Shown: positions 12,321 to 26,149 of the stretch, piece after piece
Layout of the letters: each line of letters starts with the position of its first letter
Position numbering within the stretch: position 1 is the stretch's first letter
From: Octopus bimaculoides
Taxonomy: Eukaryota
Length of the DNA stretch: 60,965 nt
Assembly: GCF_001194135.2 (NCBI RefSeq)
Contig: NC_068983.1
Coordinates: forward strand, 142,638,120 to 142,699,084
Direction: 5' to 3'
The notes under the pieces: generated by a model
Database searches by the model: none
What the model saw: the letters and a program-made list of their open reading frames with translations, nothing else
Told to the model about the DNA's origin: nothing
Program-made: the position numbers and the translations under genes

Positions 12321-12939
12321 TACTAATTATTTCTAGTTAACTTTTTAAAGTTCACTGCATTAAAATATTATTACTATCTCTCTATCGTTAGTATGCAGGT
12401 GGCGTCACTGAGTAATTTCTTTCCGTTTCATTTCTCCTTATCTAAAATGTATGCAGTAATGATTTAATTTTGTTTTGTTTCGTTTCGTGTTAGAATTGGG
12501 AATCCCGATAACTCTGCAACGAAAAAATCACTCGTATAAAATAGGAATTGCCTCCCTTCAAATGTACCAAAATAATTCGGATTTTTTTTTTAATCGAAGT
12601 TTTTTTAGCATAATCAAATATTCTAAAACTACTCTGCTTTATTAAATTACTGCAGCATCAAAATAAACCACATCTTACTTATATGAAAATAAGTAACATA
12701 TGTAAACTATATGTTGAATCTAAATTCAAAGAAAGATAATTTCATAATTGCAGAAGGTTACCAGCACAATTAAGAAGTAAAGTTTTGACAAATCAAAATA
12801 ATATAATACTTTACTGTATTTATATATTTATTGATTTACTATTTTTATTGCATTTCTAAAAATCATTTATAGCTAATGATATACATTAGATTTTCTACTA
12901 AACTACAGATAACACATTTATTCAAAACAACGACTAAAA

Positions 12940-13003
12940 ATGGCGGAAGGTGAAACAGATTCCCGAATCCATTTCAGTGCAGTAAAATATATTCACCAAG
13001 CAG
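12940..13003 (+). CDS. CCNQ: CCNQ exon 1 (MAEGETDSRIHFSAVKYIHQA)
   Basis: AAAAATGG start context; donor CAG|GTAATT; phase 1 matches exon 2. Confidence 0.85.
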
Positions 13004-16000
13004 GTAATTTCGTTCTCAAAATGATTTTGATTTACAACCGTTTGGCTGTGTAATTTTTCTCTTTAAAAAATACTGTAAGAAAAAAAAAAGCATCAGTAAC
13101 AATAAAAGAAATACTTCTAAGCAGACGCGTTGTAAAACGTCCAGCTGATTTGACGACGTTGTTTCAAATCATGGGTAAAGAGGTATTGTTTTTCTTATGT
13201 TGTCAATATTCTTGGGAAAATCTTGAATGGTGTTAGTTCGCTCTTTCACTTAAAAATATATAAACTCATCGAGTTAAAATAGAAAAATTATTTGATATTA
13301 AAAGGGACGCAAGGGTTGCTTGGAGAAGCAGAAAGTCATGGAAAACATGTTGAGGTTCTGGCCGAAAAATTCTTGAAAATTAGCCCTGAAGATTTTACGA
13401 CGCTAAAATATATATTAGCCACTCTTTGTGTCTATTTGTATAAAAACAATACTGAATAGCCTTTCTTATGTCAGAAAAACTTTATTACCACTGACCGCTT
13501 TTTCTGTTTATTAAATATTGTTTTTAGTTGTCTTCTTATGTTCGGCCCTACTCGAACAGGCTTGTATGATCAACAGCATTCCAACCATGACCATCGCGTA
13601 ATGTATCCCGGGCTAATGTATTATTTTCTAAGATTAGGATGTGGTTTGATGGATCTTTGTCTAGTATTTCTATCAGATCGAACGGCCCATTGACTTGTTT
13701 GCTTTCGTAAAACCAACTGAAACAAACCAACAAAACACAAAACTAAACAGATAAAAGTCCGTAGTACTGTCTGCAATAAAGATGTCATGGTACATGTATT
13801 ATCTATTATCTTTGCATTACCACTGAAGAAGCCTTAACCTAAGACAAATCCGTGGAGGAGGGGTCTTATAAAAGTCATACAAGCAAGCTATATAAGCTGC
13901 ATGTTGCAACAATGAAACATAAATTATGTTCTCAAAACTGATCTGGTAAAGTTGGAAAGAGTAGGGAATGGCACAGGAAAAAAAATAACGAAATAAGCTT
14001 GCTCTTAAATATATAATACAGTTTAAACATTGAACAAAGAATTATCATGTTATTCACCATTACACCATACAGCTAAACAGCAGATCTGTGAAGTTTGAAT
14101 AAAATCCATTTACATTTACTCGTATATGGGATGATGCAGCATACTACAACTACGGGCTCACAGACACTGTTTCTTCTCAATCTCTTTTTATACTAGTATA
14201 GCAACCTCTGCTGTTATATATATTTTCTTTAATTGCTATTTCCTTCTTATGAAAATGATTTATGCTCTAAGCACAAGTTAATTTTTATCACTTTATTTAA
14301 CCTTAATAGTGAATTTTTGTTCAGTTTCTATCTCTGGTTCTACTAATCTTTTTTTTGAAATCCTCCTATGTTTAACAGGTGAAAGGTTAAGTACTCAGTG
14401 TATAAGTTATCACACTGTGTTCATGTAATCTAACTAATCTGTCTCTCTCCTCAGTCAAGGAGAATTGCTATCTCCTTCCCCTTAATCCATTCAATACCAA
14501 TTCATTCAAGACTACCCTTGGTTCTGTGGAGGCGCAATGGCCCAGTGGTTAGGGCAGCGGACTCACAGTCATAGGATTGCGGTTTCGATTCCCAGACCGG
14601 GCGTTGTGAGTGTTTATTGAGCGAAAACACCTAAAGCTCCATGAGGCTCCGGCAGGGGATGGTGGCGAATCCTGCTGTACTCTTTCACCACAACTTTCTC
14701 TCACTCTTACTTCCTGTTTCTGTTGTGCCTGTAATTCAAAGAGTCAGCCTTGTCACACTGTGTCATGCTGAATATCCCCTAGAACTACATTAAGAGTACA
14801 CGTGTCTGTGGAGTGCTCAGCCACTTGCACGTTAATTTCATGAGCAGGCTGTTCCGTTGATCGGATCAACTGGAACCCTCAACGAACAACAACAACCCTT
14901 GGTTCTATGAAACAAACTTCTATTTTAAAGTGATCTAAATTAAAATCTTCCATCAAAATTTCAAGTTAATTTAGGTTTTAAACACCAACTTAATAAGGAC
15001 AAAGTTATTTTTTTAAATACTTCATTATCTTCAAAATTAATTGAAACAACGATAGTGTATTACAATAGAAATATGGTAAACAAAAAGATTAAACAAAATA
15101 CTTGAAAATAAGATACAGTAATCCTTCACCATATCAAAGTTCACCTATCACAGTTTATCATTTAAGCTTACGTTGATTCCTCTGTGGTGTTGTTTTGCAT
15201 TTATAATAAAATAAATATATACAAATTATAAAAATAACAATAAAAAATATACAGTTCAGTACCGTTCTTACTTTGCGGATTTTCACCTATCGTTGGGGTT
15301 TTTGGAACATAACACCTGAAATAGTTGAGGGATTACTGTAACCCATTATATACTGTTTTGTGATAATCCCAGGTATACTTACTCAGAATTTCAAGCATCC
15401 ATGCCAAATCTAAGTCTTCATCCCCCTTACATTACCTATTTGTACAGAGTGAAGTTATTTTACAATGTAACATTATCTGAAGACAATCAGACATCAATTT
15501 CTAATTTCTTCTTTATAAACTAACCAAAACCAGTCGTAAATTGGAGAAACACAATCACACACACACACATATGACTAGCTTCTACCAATTTTACTCTTGA
15601 AATATTGGTCAGCTCCAGAGTACGCTTGAAGACACTTGCCCAAGGTGTTGCACAGTAAGACTAAACCTATTTATAATTATCTAAATCAAAAATTTGCTTT
15701 TTTAGTATCTGAATACTAAATTGATTTTTGTAAGAAATTTTATAACCAGCGAAAGTCATTTAGTGATATTAATAGTACTTATTTTCATTTCTTCTAGTTG
15801 ATTGAAAGGCAATGGAAGATTTTTACTCTAAAATAAGATAAGCTTTGTAAGTTGTGAGATGTGAGTTCTGATATTTTGAAACAGCAAGTTACATGTTGAA
15901 AACTTGATTCACAACCTTCAATACACATTTTTTTTTGAAGAGAGACTCAACTCAGTGTACATGAATTAGTCTTATCTAAAACTTGTACTAACGGCTTTTT

Positions 16001-17724
16001 TTGCTCGCTCACACTAGTATTAGATTTGAATTCTAGTTATTTTTGTGTTCTAAACATTGGTGTGCTAAACTCATATTGTTAAATACCTGTTTCTACCTCA
16101 TATCAGTCTCAAGTAGTCATAAAAAAAACAAGATTTAGAAATGTCTCATTTCTAACAAAACATTATAATCTGAAAGTAATATGTAAACCTTTAATGTTTA
16201 TATATATGTGTGTGTGTGTACTTTTTTTTGACAGGTTACAGATTAAAATTGAGTTCAGTTTCTCTAGCAACTGCATCTGTGATCTACCATAAATTTTTCA
16301 GAGAAAATTCTTTAAATGATTTCGACATCTATGTAAGTTGTTGCAATTTCATAAAATTTCTCTTGGAGGTGGGGAAAATCAGTTTTTTTCACTTATGTCA
16401 ATAAACTTTTGTTATAAGTTTTGCCTATCTGACTGATTAATTCTTAAGAGCTGTCAATAACATGTCACCCATTTGTTCACTGCTAGCTAATTAATTAAAA
16501 CATCTAACATTAAACTTGGATTGAACCTGTTACATTCTTCCAAAATATTTAATTACATTATTATGACTTTAGTATATTAATGTAATAATATAATGCCAGT
16601 CTGGTAAAAAAAATAAAATAAATGAAAAAATATCTGTACAAATCTTATGTAACACAGTATATGGGCATATGGTTGTTCTACCAATCAGTACTGATATTGG
16701 CTGCAACATCGTACATACACACAACATTTTTCACTCAGTTCAACCAAAGTTTTGTGAGTGGATTTGGTAGGTGAAAACTGAAAGGAGCCCATTGTGTGTG
16801 TTTCTGTATATACGTGTGTGTGTATATATGTATATATATATATATATAAATTTCAAAAAAGGATAAAACTCTTTTACAAGAATTTTATCAAAAAGCCAGT
16901 GTGTAAAAAAATTCATTAGGGAAATTTCTATTCCCAAGAACATAATTATTTGTATATATTTATATAAAGGGCATTATTATAGAAAAATAATAACGCCACA
17001 CAGTGGACTTCTCAAAAAATAACCACATTTAGTACCTATGCGAGGAAAAAACAACCAACAGAAGATGACCAACTTTCTTTTAAACTTAAGTCTATTTTAA
17101 AAGAAAGTTGGTCATCTTCTGTTGGTTGTTTTTTCCTCGCATAGGTACTAAATGTGGTTATTTTTTGAGAAGTCCACTGTGTGGCGTTATTATTTTTCTA
17201 TAGATGGAATAATGTGTTTGTGTCTCTTTATCTTGATATCAAATAATAGTTGTAAATAAAAATTCAATCACACAAGCAGTGCCATTCATTTCCAATATTC
17301 TGAGAACATGTCTGGCTATGGGGAAATACTACATTGCTTGGAAATAGGTGAAGGTTCACAACAGAAAGGGCTTCCAGCCATCAAGTGTCTGCCTCAGTAA
17401 ACTCCATCCAAATAAACTCATACAAGTATGAAAAGTGAACGTTAAAATGATGATGGTGACTGTATTTCATAAGAGATATATTAATGAAAGGATTAAGCAC
17501 TCAGTCCCTACATTGTTGATGATGTTTAGTCTCAAGTCAATTTCTACATTCAAAAGTATTCCCGTTTTGACTGACCTTATTGTGCTCTTCTTTTTTTGAG
17601 ATAGTAAAGTGTGATTTGTAGGGAAATTTTACTGGTATTTACAGCAGGCTGAGCAACCACAAAGTGTGTTTCCCTCATTGACTTGACTGCCATATTTGTC
17701 AGTTACCCAAAAATTGCTTACACC

Positions 17725-17770
<46 letters not shown>

Positions 17771-20700
17771 AAGCTAGCACCTAGGACACATTAACATGGT
17801 CATCTAAGGCTCTACTTGAAGAGATGTTCAGAACTGAAAACTCCATTTTTTCATGCATGCAGTCTGCTGAACTGAGGAAAACTTGGAAAGGATGCATTGC
17901 AAGAGGAAGAATAGTGTTCCTTTTCCTGCCCAACTAGATTCAATATCATAATGGAATGAACAATATTGATCATCGTTAATGATGGTTAAAAGTTGTGACT
18001 TTTAATCAATTTAGTCTGTTAATTTTATATATTTCCACTGTAAAATGCTTTTTTTTTTATCTAAATGTGCAAGTCAGAGAGCATGAAATCAGCAATCATT
18101 GGGCATTGCATGGTATATTCAAAGTTACAAAATTTTCGTGCACTTTTGTTTAGATGTGAATACTTTGAAAAAGCTACAAATAGCTGAGTTGATAGTGTTG
18201 GATTACTAGCCAAAATATGGGTTCTTTGCCCATTCTACATTTTGTCTATAACACTGTCAACGCTACAAAATAACTTTGAAATGGCCCAGCCCACCTAACT
18301 GTAAATTATAGCGCAAGATTATAACAGCACACTTGTTAGCATTTGAAGTGCTTGATTCAGTTATTCTTCCTTTAAGTACATCACAGCAAGAGCTAATGAG
18401 GTTATGAGACTCACCAACTACTTCATAGAATGCTGACTTAATTCAAATAGAAGCATTGAACTAACACTAAATCTCGAGTAGAAAAGAAAAATTTCCTTAA
18501 ATATTCTACTTTATAATTCACTAGCTATTCTAAATAAATTATTATAATGCCAGCTTAATTTGTATCAAAATGTATGTGTGACTTTGTTGAGAATGTTACT
18601 CTAAATATGAGATATTACCACTCAAAGAAGATAATATGTCCTCATGTACTGCATGTAATCTGACATTGAGAATGTTTTTAATACTTTTAATATCTCACTT
18701 AGAAATATGAAGTAAGGTGTTTTTTTTTTTTTTCTTTCTTTCTTTAGTTGATATCTGCTACATCATTATATCTAGCTGGGAAAATTGAAGAAGAGCATCG
18801 GAAAATCAGAGATGTTGTCAATGTCTGCTACAGGTGAAACTTAGTTATAAGATTATTTTGGTAAAAAAAAAAAGTTGAGAGAGAAGGTTAGAACTGGTCA
18901 AGTTAATACAATTTTGGTTCTGCTGACTGACAGCTCAGTATGTTATATTATGTTGGATAATGTCACTGATGTTGCTGGACTGTGTCACAGGTGAAGTTGT
19001 ACTGTTTCTTGAGTGACACACTGTATCAATGTTGCTGCTATGTTGTGTCACAGCTGCTGGTTCTACTCTGTTTCTTTTAGTCATACACTGTGTCTGACAT
19101 TGCCATTACTACACCATGTTTAACATGTTACCTTACTTATGCCCTTTGTATGTGACAAATGTTGAAAACACTTTTGTGATTAACATAAGGTGACGAGCTA
19201 ACAGAATCATTAGCATGTTGGACAAAATGTTTTGTGATATTTCCTCTGGCTCTTTATGTTCTGAGTTCAAATCCCACCAAGGTCAACTTTGTCTTTCATC
19301 CCTTCAGGGTTGATAAAATAAAGTACCAAGTATTGGGGTCAGTGTAATCAACTTACCCACTTCCCTCAAAATTGCTGACCAACATCCCATCCAGGGGCAA
19401 CTGTGGTGATTTTGGTCACTTATACATCCTGAAAATGAGGTAAATGACCTTGTGAGGCCCAGAACTAAAAAAAATATGAATAACATGTCGTGGTATTTTG
19501 ACATTCCTACACAGGAAGTACGATGTCTCTTAACCACTTACGCTTTTACAGGAAAGCAACAACATCATCATCATCATCATCATCATCATCATGCAGCTGC
19601 CACCAATAGAATACTGTTATCGCAACTTTTTCTTTCATTAAAAATCATTTTTAATTCCAGGACACTACACAAAAGCAAATCACCTCTTGATGTTGGGGAG
19701 ACATTCTGGGGTCTGCGAGATGCAATTGCCAAATGTGAACTTTATATCTTAAGAGTATTGCGTTTCAAAGTAGCCTTTGATCATCCTCATAAAGTAAGTG
19801 ACATGCCTAGTTTCATTTCCTTGTCCTTTCAAATGATAGATGACAAACTTTGTAAAAATTCAAAATTATCTTTTAGCTCATTTACACATTAGAATTTCTT
19901 CAGTGAAATGATATACAATATATTGAATGGGTAAGACATTAGGGTTTCAGTTATTGGGTGGTTGCAGGTTCAAATTCATTACAAGCATTTTCTTTTATCT
20001 CTTTATAAGCTTTACTTCACCAAATTATGGAGAATAGATACTAGAACTACAAAAGAATTGACTATACTTATTTGTAGGGCACAAGCATGGTTGCATGGTT
20101 AAGAATTTCACTTCACAACTATGTGATTCTAGATTCAATCCCACTTACTTGAGGAAAGTGTCTTCTGTCACAGCTTCAGTTTCATTTGCTAGACAGAATT
20201 GCAGAAAACCTCTCATATATTTCTGCATGTTAGGCATATGTTCTGAGTAAATACTCAGAATACGTAATAGACATTAATAAAGTAAATTATCAACAATATG
20301 TTTATATATGTTGACAAAAGAAAATATTTATTTATGAATAAGTATACCAAACCTTTAGTCTTGCTAGTAACATGACAACCTTTCTTGTGTTAATGCCACT
20401 ATAAAATACACCCAGTACACTCTGTTAAGTGGTTGGTATTAGGAAGAACATCCAACACATCTAGGAAAGCAGTAATTCCAGATAAGAACTTAATTTAGAC
20501 TGTGAGGACCTGTCCAAACATTTCCAGCATGGAAAATAGATGCAAAATAATGTCAGTGAATAACCAACGTTCCATGTAACAGATTTGATAATTGCTAAGA
20601 GATCTCTCTCTTACCATGAAACCTATGATAGCTTGGTTACCTACAAATAAAGAATATTTATCCACCAATGCAGTGTTGAGCACACATTCTCATAACTTGA

Positions 20701-23700
20701 TATTACCATGTATATGTGTGTGTATCTATATAGTCTCACCCATGCTGACATGGAAGGCAGATACTAAACAATGATGATGATGAGATATATATATATATTT
20801 ACATTCATTCATTATATTTCTTTTACCAAAAGTTTTAACAAAAATGTATCTCAACCCTACATGCATACTTTATTTCATTTTCCAAAGTGGTTAAGTGACT
20901 GAGAGTATACGTCTTCCTCTCTGAACCAGTTCATTAGAGAATCAACCTATGGCCAAAGCTGATACTCATTTTCAGCTGAGTCACCTGGAGCAGAGCATGC
21001 CACCCAGCCCATGAATCAAACATGTGACCTTATGGTCTTGAGTCCAACATTCTAACTACCATAAAATTCACTCATAAAATGTCTCTAAATATTATCTCAA
21101 TTACCAGAAGCAAACATGTGCATGGACACACACACACTGTTCACTCTGTAATGACACTGAGCAAAGATATCAGGCTGAGTAAAAAGTAAGCAACGTTTAA
21201 AACATGAAATTCACGACAATATATTTCAATAATGCGGAAATTTTATTCATCAAAGCAAGTACAATTACAATCAACACATTTTTGCCGAGTTACAAGTTTG
21301 TTTATTCTGGTAACATAAAAATCTGGAGTTCTGGAACTGATGAACTCCTTGAATGCACTTTCAGCATTGGTTTGATTTTTGAACTCCTTCTCTCACAAGA
21401 AGCCATCAAGGTGCTTGAAAAAGTGGTAGTCAGTAGGAGAAAGGTCTGAGAAATAAATTGGGTGGGAAAGAACTTCATAGCCAAGTTTCCTCAACTTCTG
21501 GAGTGTCATTAGTAAAACATGTGGTCGAGCATTGTCATGAAGAATGACTGGCCCATTTCTGTTAACCAGTCTGGGATGGAGGAGTAGTAGTTTTTCATTC
21601 ATTTTGGCAATTTCATGACAATATATTTCTGCAGTAATGGTTTTTCCAGATTTTTAAGAAGTTATAGTGGATAAGTCCAGCAGTACACCACCGAACAGTC
21701 ACCATAACCTTTTTGAAGAGCTCGGCTTTAGGGAAGGTTTTTGGTGCTTCATTTTGATCCAACCACTGTGAAGAATGTTTTTTATTATTGTACAAAATCC
21801 ACTTTTCACCACAAGATACAATACAGTCGAGAAATGGATCAGTCTGGTTACAGAGAAGAAGCTACGAGCAAATTTCATATTTGCACATTTTTGTAATTTT
21901 CATTCAAATCGTGTGGTACCCATTTGTTAAGCTTTTTTGATTTTCTGATCGCATGCAAATGGTTGCAGGCAGTTTTCTGGCTAACCTAAAATTCTTTTGC
22001 CAGTTCTCAAGTGGTTTTACATGGATTTTTCTCAATGACGGTCTGTAATTGACTGTCATTGATGACAGATTGCCGTCCACTACACTCACAATTTTCAAGG
22101 CTCAGGTCTCCACTACAAAATCGTTTAAACCGTTTTCGAGCTGACCACTCACTGGTCATTGCCTCACCAAACGTTTCATTGATATTGTGAGCAGTTTCAG
22201 CTGCTTTACATTCTCTTTTGAAGTTGAATAGCAAAATTACTCAAATATCACGGAGAAATACCTAGCCAAAGATAAACCTCTGTACCTGGCTTTCGTTGAC
22301 ATGGAAAAAGCCTTTGACAGGGTCCCCCACTCCCTTATCTGGTGGTCAATGAGGAAACTAGGGATAGAAGAATAGCTAGTGAGAGCTGTGTGAGCCATGT
22401 ACAGAGACGCTGTCAGTAAGGTGAGGGTTGGCAACAAGTAATGAAGAATTCCGGGTAGAGGTAGGGTTCCACCAAGGTTCAGTCCTCAGCCCCCTCCTAT
22501 TCATCATAGTCTTACAGGCAATAACACAAGAATTCAAGATGGGATGCCCCTGGGAGCTCCTCTATGCTGATGACCTTACACTGATTGCTGAGTCACTATC
22601 AGAACTAGAGGAGAAGTTTCAGGTGTGGAAGCAAGGACTAGAATCGAAGCGCCAGTGGAGCACTAACAGCACTGTCCGAGCGTGTTCATTGCCAGAGCAT
22701 CTGTCTGGCTTCTGTGCTAGTGGCCCGTAAATAGCACCATTTGAGCATAATCGTTACCAGCATTGCCTTCTAGCACTTGTGCTGGTGGTACGTTAGAAAA
22801 TCATTCGAGCAAGGTCATTGCCAGTGCAGGTGAGACGTAAAAAACACCTTTTTGAGTGTGGCCATTGCCAGTACCACATGACTGGCCCTCGTGCCGGTGG
22901 CACATAGAAGCACCCACTACACTCTCGGAGTGGTTGGCATCAGGAAGGGCATCCAGCTGTAGAAACTCTGCCAGATCAGATTGGAGCCTGGTGCAGCCAT
23001 CTGGCTCACCAGTCCGCAGTCAAACCGTCAAACCCATGCTAGCATGGAAAGCGGAAAGCAGACGTTAAACGATGATGATGATGATGATGATCGTGCTTTG
23101 ACAGTTCCATTTCAGATGATTGTAACAGTGCAAAAAGTATCAATATTAATTTGAGCAAGTCTTTGTCTGTATTATCAGATAATTGCAAAAAAAATGTTTA
23201 AAAAAATTCAAAACTCTGCAAAAATCTGGTACAAATTCTTCCTGGTTCAAAACGTTGCTTATTTTTACTCAACCTGATAGAATGAGATCTGTCTTTATGA
23301 CACTGTTTACATTCTGGTGCTGAGGTTTAATAGCTTTACATAGAAGCAGTAGAAATTGTGCTTTTCTAACATCAAATTAGTAGCTATTTACTGAATACTA
23401 TGCATTAAATTAGCATCATGTATTCCATCCCAGTTGCACATACACTTTTTATCATTCTCACCATCAGAAATGTGCTGAACTATTAAAACCTTTTACTGAC
23501 AATGCCTTTGTTCACAAAACGCATGATATAAGCAAAAATGAATAATTAACATATGTCCTTTTTTTAAAGATGGTAGAATATTGAAGGATCCTCTTTCACT
23601 GGTATATAGTATTTCTACAGGGTAACCTATATCTACCTAGATTTGCTTGTCTTACTGATTTTTTTACAGACCTATATTGCTTCAAATTTATATTTATAGG

Positions 23701-25423
23701 AATATAATTGTATGGATTCATGCCTTTTATTCACAGGAATTATCCTATCAAATGAATAAATGTAACTATTTAATAGCTGGATATTTTTTAGTCAAGTTCG
23801 AAATTACCAAAATGTAAACAATTTTAATAGCTGCTTTCATTTTCCTTTATTTTTATAGTATCTTCTGCATTACCTGAAGACTCTAAAAGATTGGTTTCAG
23901 CCTCATGTTTGGGATCAGGTCCCACTCACAAGAACATGCTGGTCAGTCCTTCGTGACAGTTACCATGGCAAAACTAGTCTCAAGTTCAAACCGCAGCATA
24001 TTGCTGTATCTATTATTTATTTATCTATGTTGTGCTATGGTCTGGAGGTACATCTTAACAGAGTAGCTCACACAAAGTGGTGGAGGGTAAGTATGGATTT
24101 CATTCTGTTTTTCTTTAGCAATACTGATTTCATATGTATGCATAACCTTTGAGATTTTTTTAACAAGTAGAAATATGGTAATATATTGTTGGTGGTGTTT
24201 TATGAAGAGTATTATCAATGTAACTAAAGGAAAATATCTATAACCAAGTTGCTGATTATGACTTCTAATATAAAGCACTTGTTAAAAGATAAATACCACC
24301 TTTCCTGGTGGTATTTAACCTTTTTACATCTAATTTACAATGATGCCCTTCCTACTGCTAACCACTCTACCATGAAGTAGGAGTAGAAGCTGTTTTTTTA
24401 TTAGCATTAACCAAGTAGACTTTTGAGTTCCATTAACTTACTCAGGAATTACATTGAGAAACAATATGTTGTCTTTATTAGATGACAATAAAGGCCACAA
24501 TAGCTGTGAGAGTAAGATGTTGGTTTACAGATTAATGATTCACCCTCACACACTTGCAATCTGGAATGCCATGCACCTCTGATCTTCTCATTGCAGAGAA
24601 TTAGCAGGCTTCTTTCAGTTTCTTTCCATGTATACCTGACAACTAAGTTCTCTGATACTAACCTTGGTCCTCCTCTCAACCTTTCCAGGTCTTTCTCAGT
24701 TTTTATTATTCTTATCTTTTTACCACTTACACCACCATGTCAGCTATCATCTGATCTGTAGCTTGTTCTTAACCATAGATTTAATCTGTGGCTCACAACA
24801 GGTCCTCCTCTGTGTTATAGATCTCCATCTCATCATCATCATTATAAATATCACAAAGAACTTCTCTTTAACAGAGAGATCTTTCAATTTCTGTCCATTC
24901 CTTCTCCAGCTTGCCTTATCTTTCTAGCTAGCTCTTACTCTATAGTCATTCATCACAAGGCTACACAGTTTTGTTTTATTATTTCTGAGTGTTACTTTCA
25001 TCAACCAGTGTTTCTAAGGAACTACATTCTCAACTTGTCTAAACTTCCACCTGTCTCTTAACTTTACATAGCTATCAGATTATACATTATAACTTTCTTC
25101 ATTTCCTACAATTGTTTTACATTCTCCTCTAATTCTTTATCTGTGTGTATGTACGTGTACACACACACACAGATACATATTTTAGTTTATGAAAAAAACT
25201 ATATGTCCACAATTTAAATATTGCCATCCTAGTAATCCTCATCACCAAAATACCTAACTCCTTTTGTATTAATGATTGATTTGCTTTGGTTAATTAATTA
25301 AGAAGCATGTAAATAATGTTTGTAAAATTCTATTTACAGGTGTTTTCTTCAGACTTGACTCTAGACATTATACGAGATGTCATCCTGGATATAATCCAGA
25401 CGTATGAACTAGAAACTGGTTAA
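12940..25423 (+). CDS. CCNQ: Cyclin-Q (FAM58A / cyclin M) gene, 6 coding exons, 230 aa
   Basis: Exons 12940-13003, 16235-16332, 18748-18833, 19661-19793, 23859-24086, 25340-25423 all have GT-AG ends and join in frame (693 nt). The protein has cyclin-box motifs typical of FAM58A: [68 protein letters not shown]. Confidence 0.93.
14526..14894 (+). mobile_element. tRNA-derived SINE, full length with 12-bp TSD (CCNQ intron 1)
   Basis: TSD ACCCTTGGTTCT at 14514-14525 and 14895-14906; (AAC)n tail; A/B-box-like head. Confidence 0.9.
15116..15338. mobile_element. Tigger/pogo-type MITE with TA TSD
   Basis: TA|CAGTAATCCTTCA ... TGAGGGATTACTG|TA. Confidence 0.75.
16235..16332 (+). CDS. CCNQ: CCNQ exon 2 ([33 protein letters not shown])
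   Basis: Acceptor TTTGACAG|, donor |GTAAGT; cyclin N-terminal box sequence. Confidence 0.92.
16978..17202. repeat. Perfect inverted repeat, 107-bp arms, 11-nt loop
   Basis: 16978-17084 is the exact reverse complement of 17096-17202 (checked by eye). Confidence 0.95.
17729..17767. repeat. Poly-T tract (39 nt)
   Basis: Directly visible. Confidence 0.95.
18748..18833 (+). CDS. CCNQ: CCNQ exon 3 ([29 protein letters not shown])
   Basis: Long polypyrimidine tract + TAG acceptor, donor AG|GTGAAA; conserved LYLAGKxEE motif. Confidence 0.93.
19190..19385 (+). mobile_element. Diverged SINE (second family)
   Basis: Similar to 8750-8963 (GAGTTCAAATCCC...TCATCCCTTCAGGG...AAGTACCAAGTATTGGGGTC). Confidence 0.7.
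19661..19793 (+). CDS. CCNQ: CCNQ exon 4 ([44 protein letters not shown])
   Basis: Acceptor TTCCAG|, donor |GTAAGT; in frame. Confidence 0.93.
21170..22245 (-). mobile_element. Degraded mariner transposon, 5' end lost
   Basis: KWVPHDL, ILHDNARPH, SDLSPTDYHFFKHLD and HTH fragments; probable terminal sequence TA|TCAGGCTGAGTAAAAAG. Confidence 0.88.
22250..23090 (+). mobile_element. RTE-clade LINE fragment (RT piece fused to 3' UTR with (GAT)n tail)
   Basis: [43 protein letters not shown]; tail GTTAAACGATGATGAT. Confidence 0.88.
23859..24086 (+). CDS. CCNQ: CCNQ exon 5 ([18 protein letters not shown]...KWWR)
   Basis: Acceptor TTTTATAG|, donor |GTAAGT; 76 codons, cyclin C-terminal box. Confidence 0.93.
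25340..25423 (+). CDS. CCNQ: CCNQ exon 6 (VFSSDLTLDIIRDVILDIIQTYELETG*)
   Basis: Acceptor TTTACAG|, ends in TAA; resembles the FAM58A C-terminal helix. Confidence 0.85.
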   Translation: MFSSDLTLDIIRDVILDIIQTYELETG

Positions 25424-26149
25424 AGCATTTCTACATCAGCTGGCATATATGGTCGCACTTTATGAAACTTCTCATATTGAATTTGTATGTATGTACATAT
25501 GTATGCTTGTGTATATATGTATGCATGCATGCAAATAGCAGAAGTGACATGCAGTGTCTTCAGCATAATCTAACAGGAAGAAACCAATTTTTTTCTCACC
25601 CTACAAGACCTCATTGCCTAAACAGAAGAACTGAAGTGAATATCCAGCAGCATTATTGCCAAGTATATTGCATATATCAATTCAAAGACTCAGTCTTCAG
25701 CAGTGACATTGCTAATATTAATATTACACAACTCATCACTTGTAAAAAAAAAAATCTATCTCATATTGAGGTATCTGCATATATCTGAAGTCCCAAAAGG
25801 ATAAAAACTAAAACATTTCATTTAAAAAAATAAATTATATTTTGTTTCCATTCCACTCTGACATAAAATATTTAATTAGATTTAGTTTACTTACAATTTA
25901 TCACCAATGTTTAAACTTGAAATTAATTCAGTGTGTCTTACTTTCAATATTTCATGCCATGACTTATTTCAGTGGGGTTAGGGTTTCAAAATATATCTTA
26001 TCTATCTATATATATATCAAGTCATCCCATAAGTTCAGTTTTAATTTTGAATAAGGGAAACAAGTGATCAAATGTTATATTTAATTGAAATTTAATCATC
26101 AGTGTACTTTCCCTGATTGTCTATGACTTCCATCTATTTACAAGCTTTT

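Noticed and set aside
14526-14600. tRNA gene
   Set aside because: tRNA-like SINE head continuing into a SINE body with TSDs; no complete cloverleaf.
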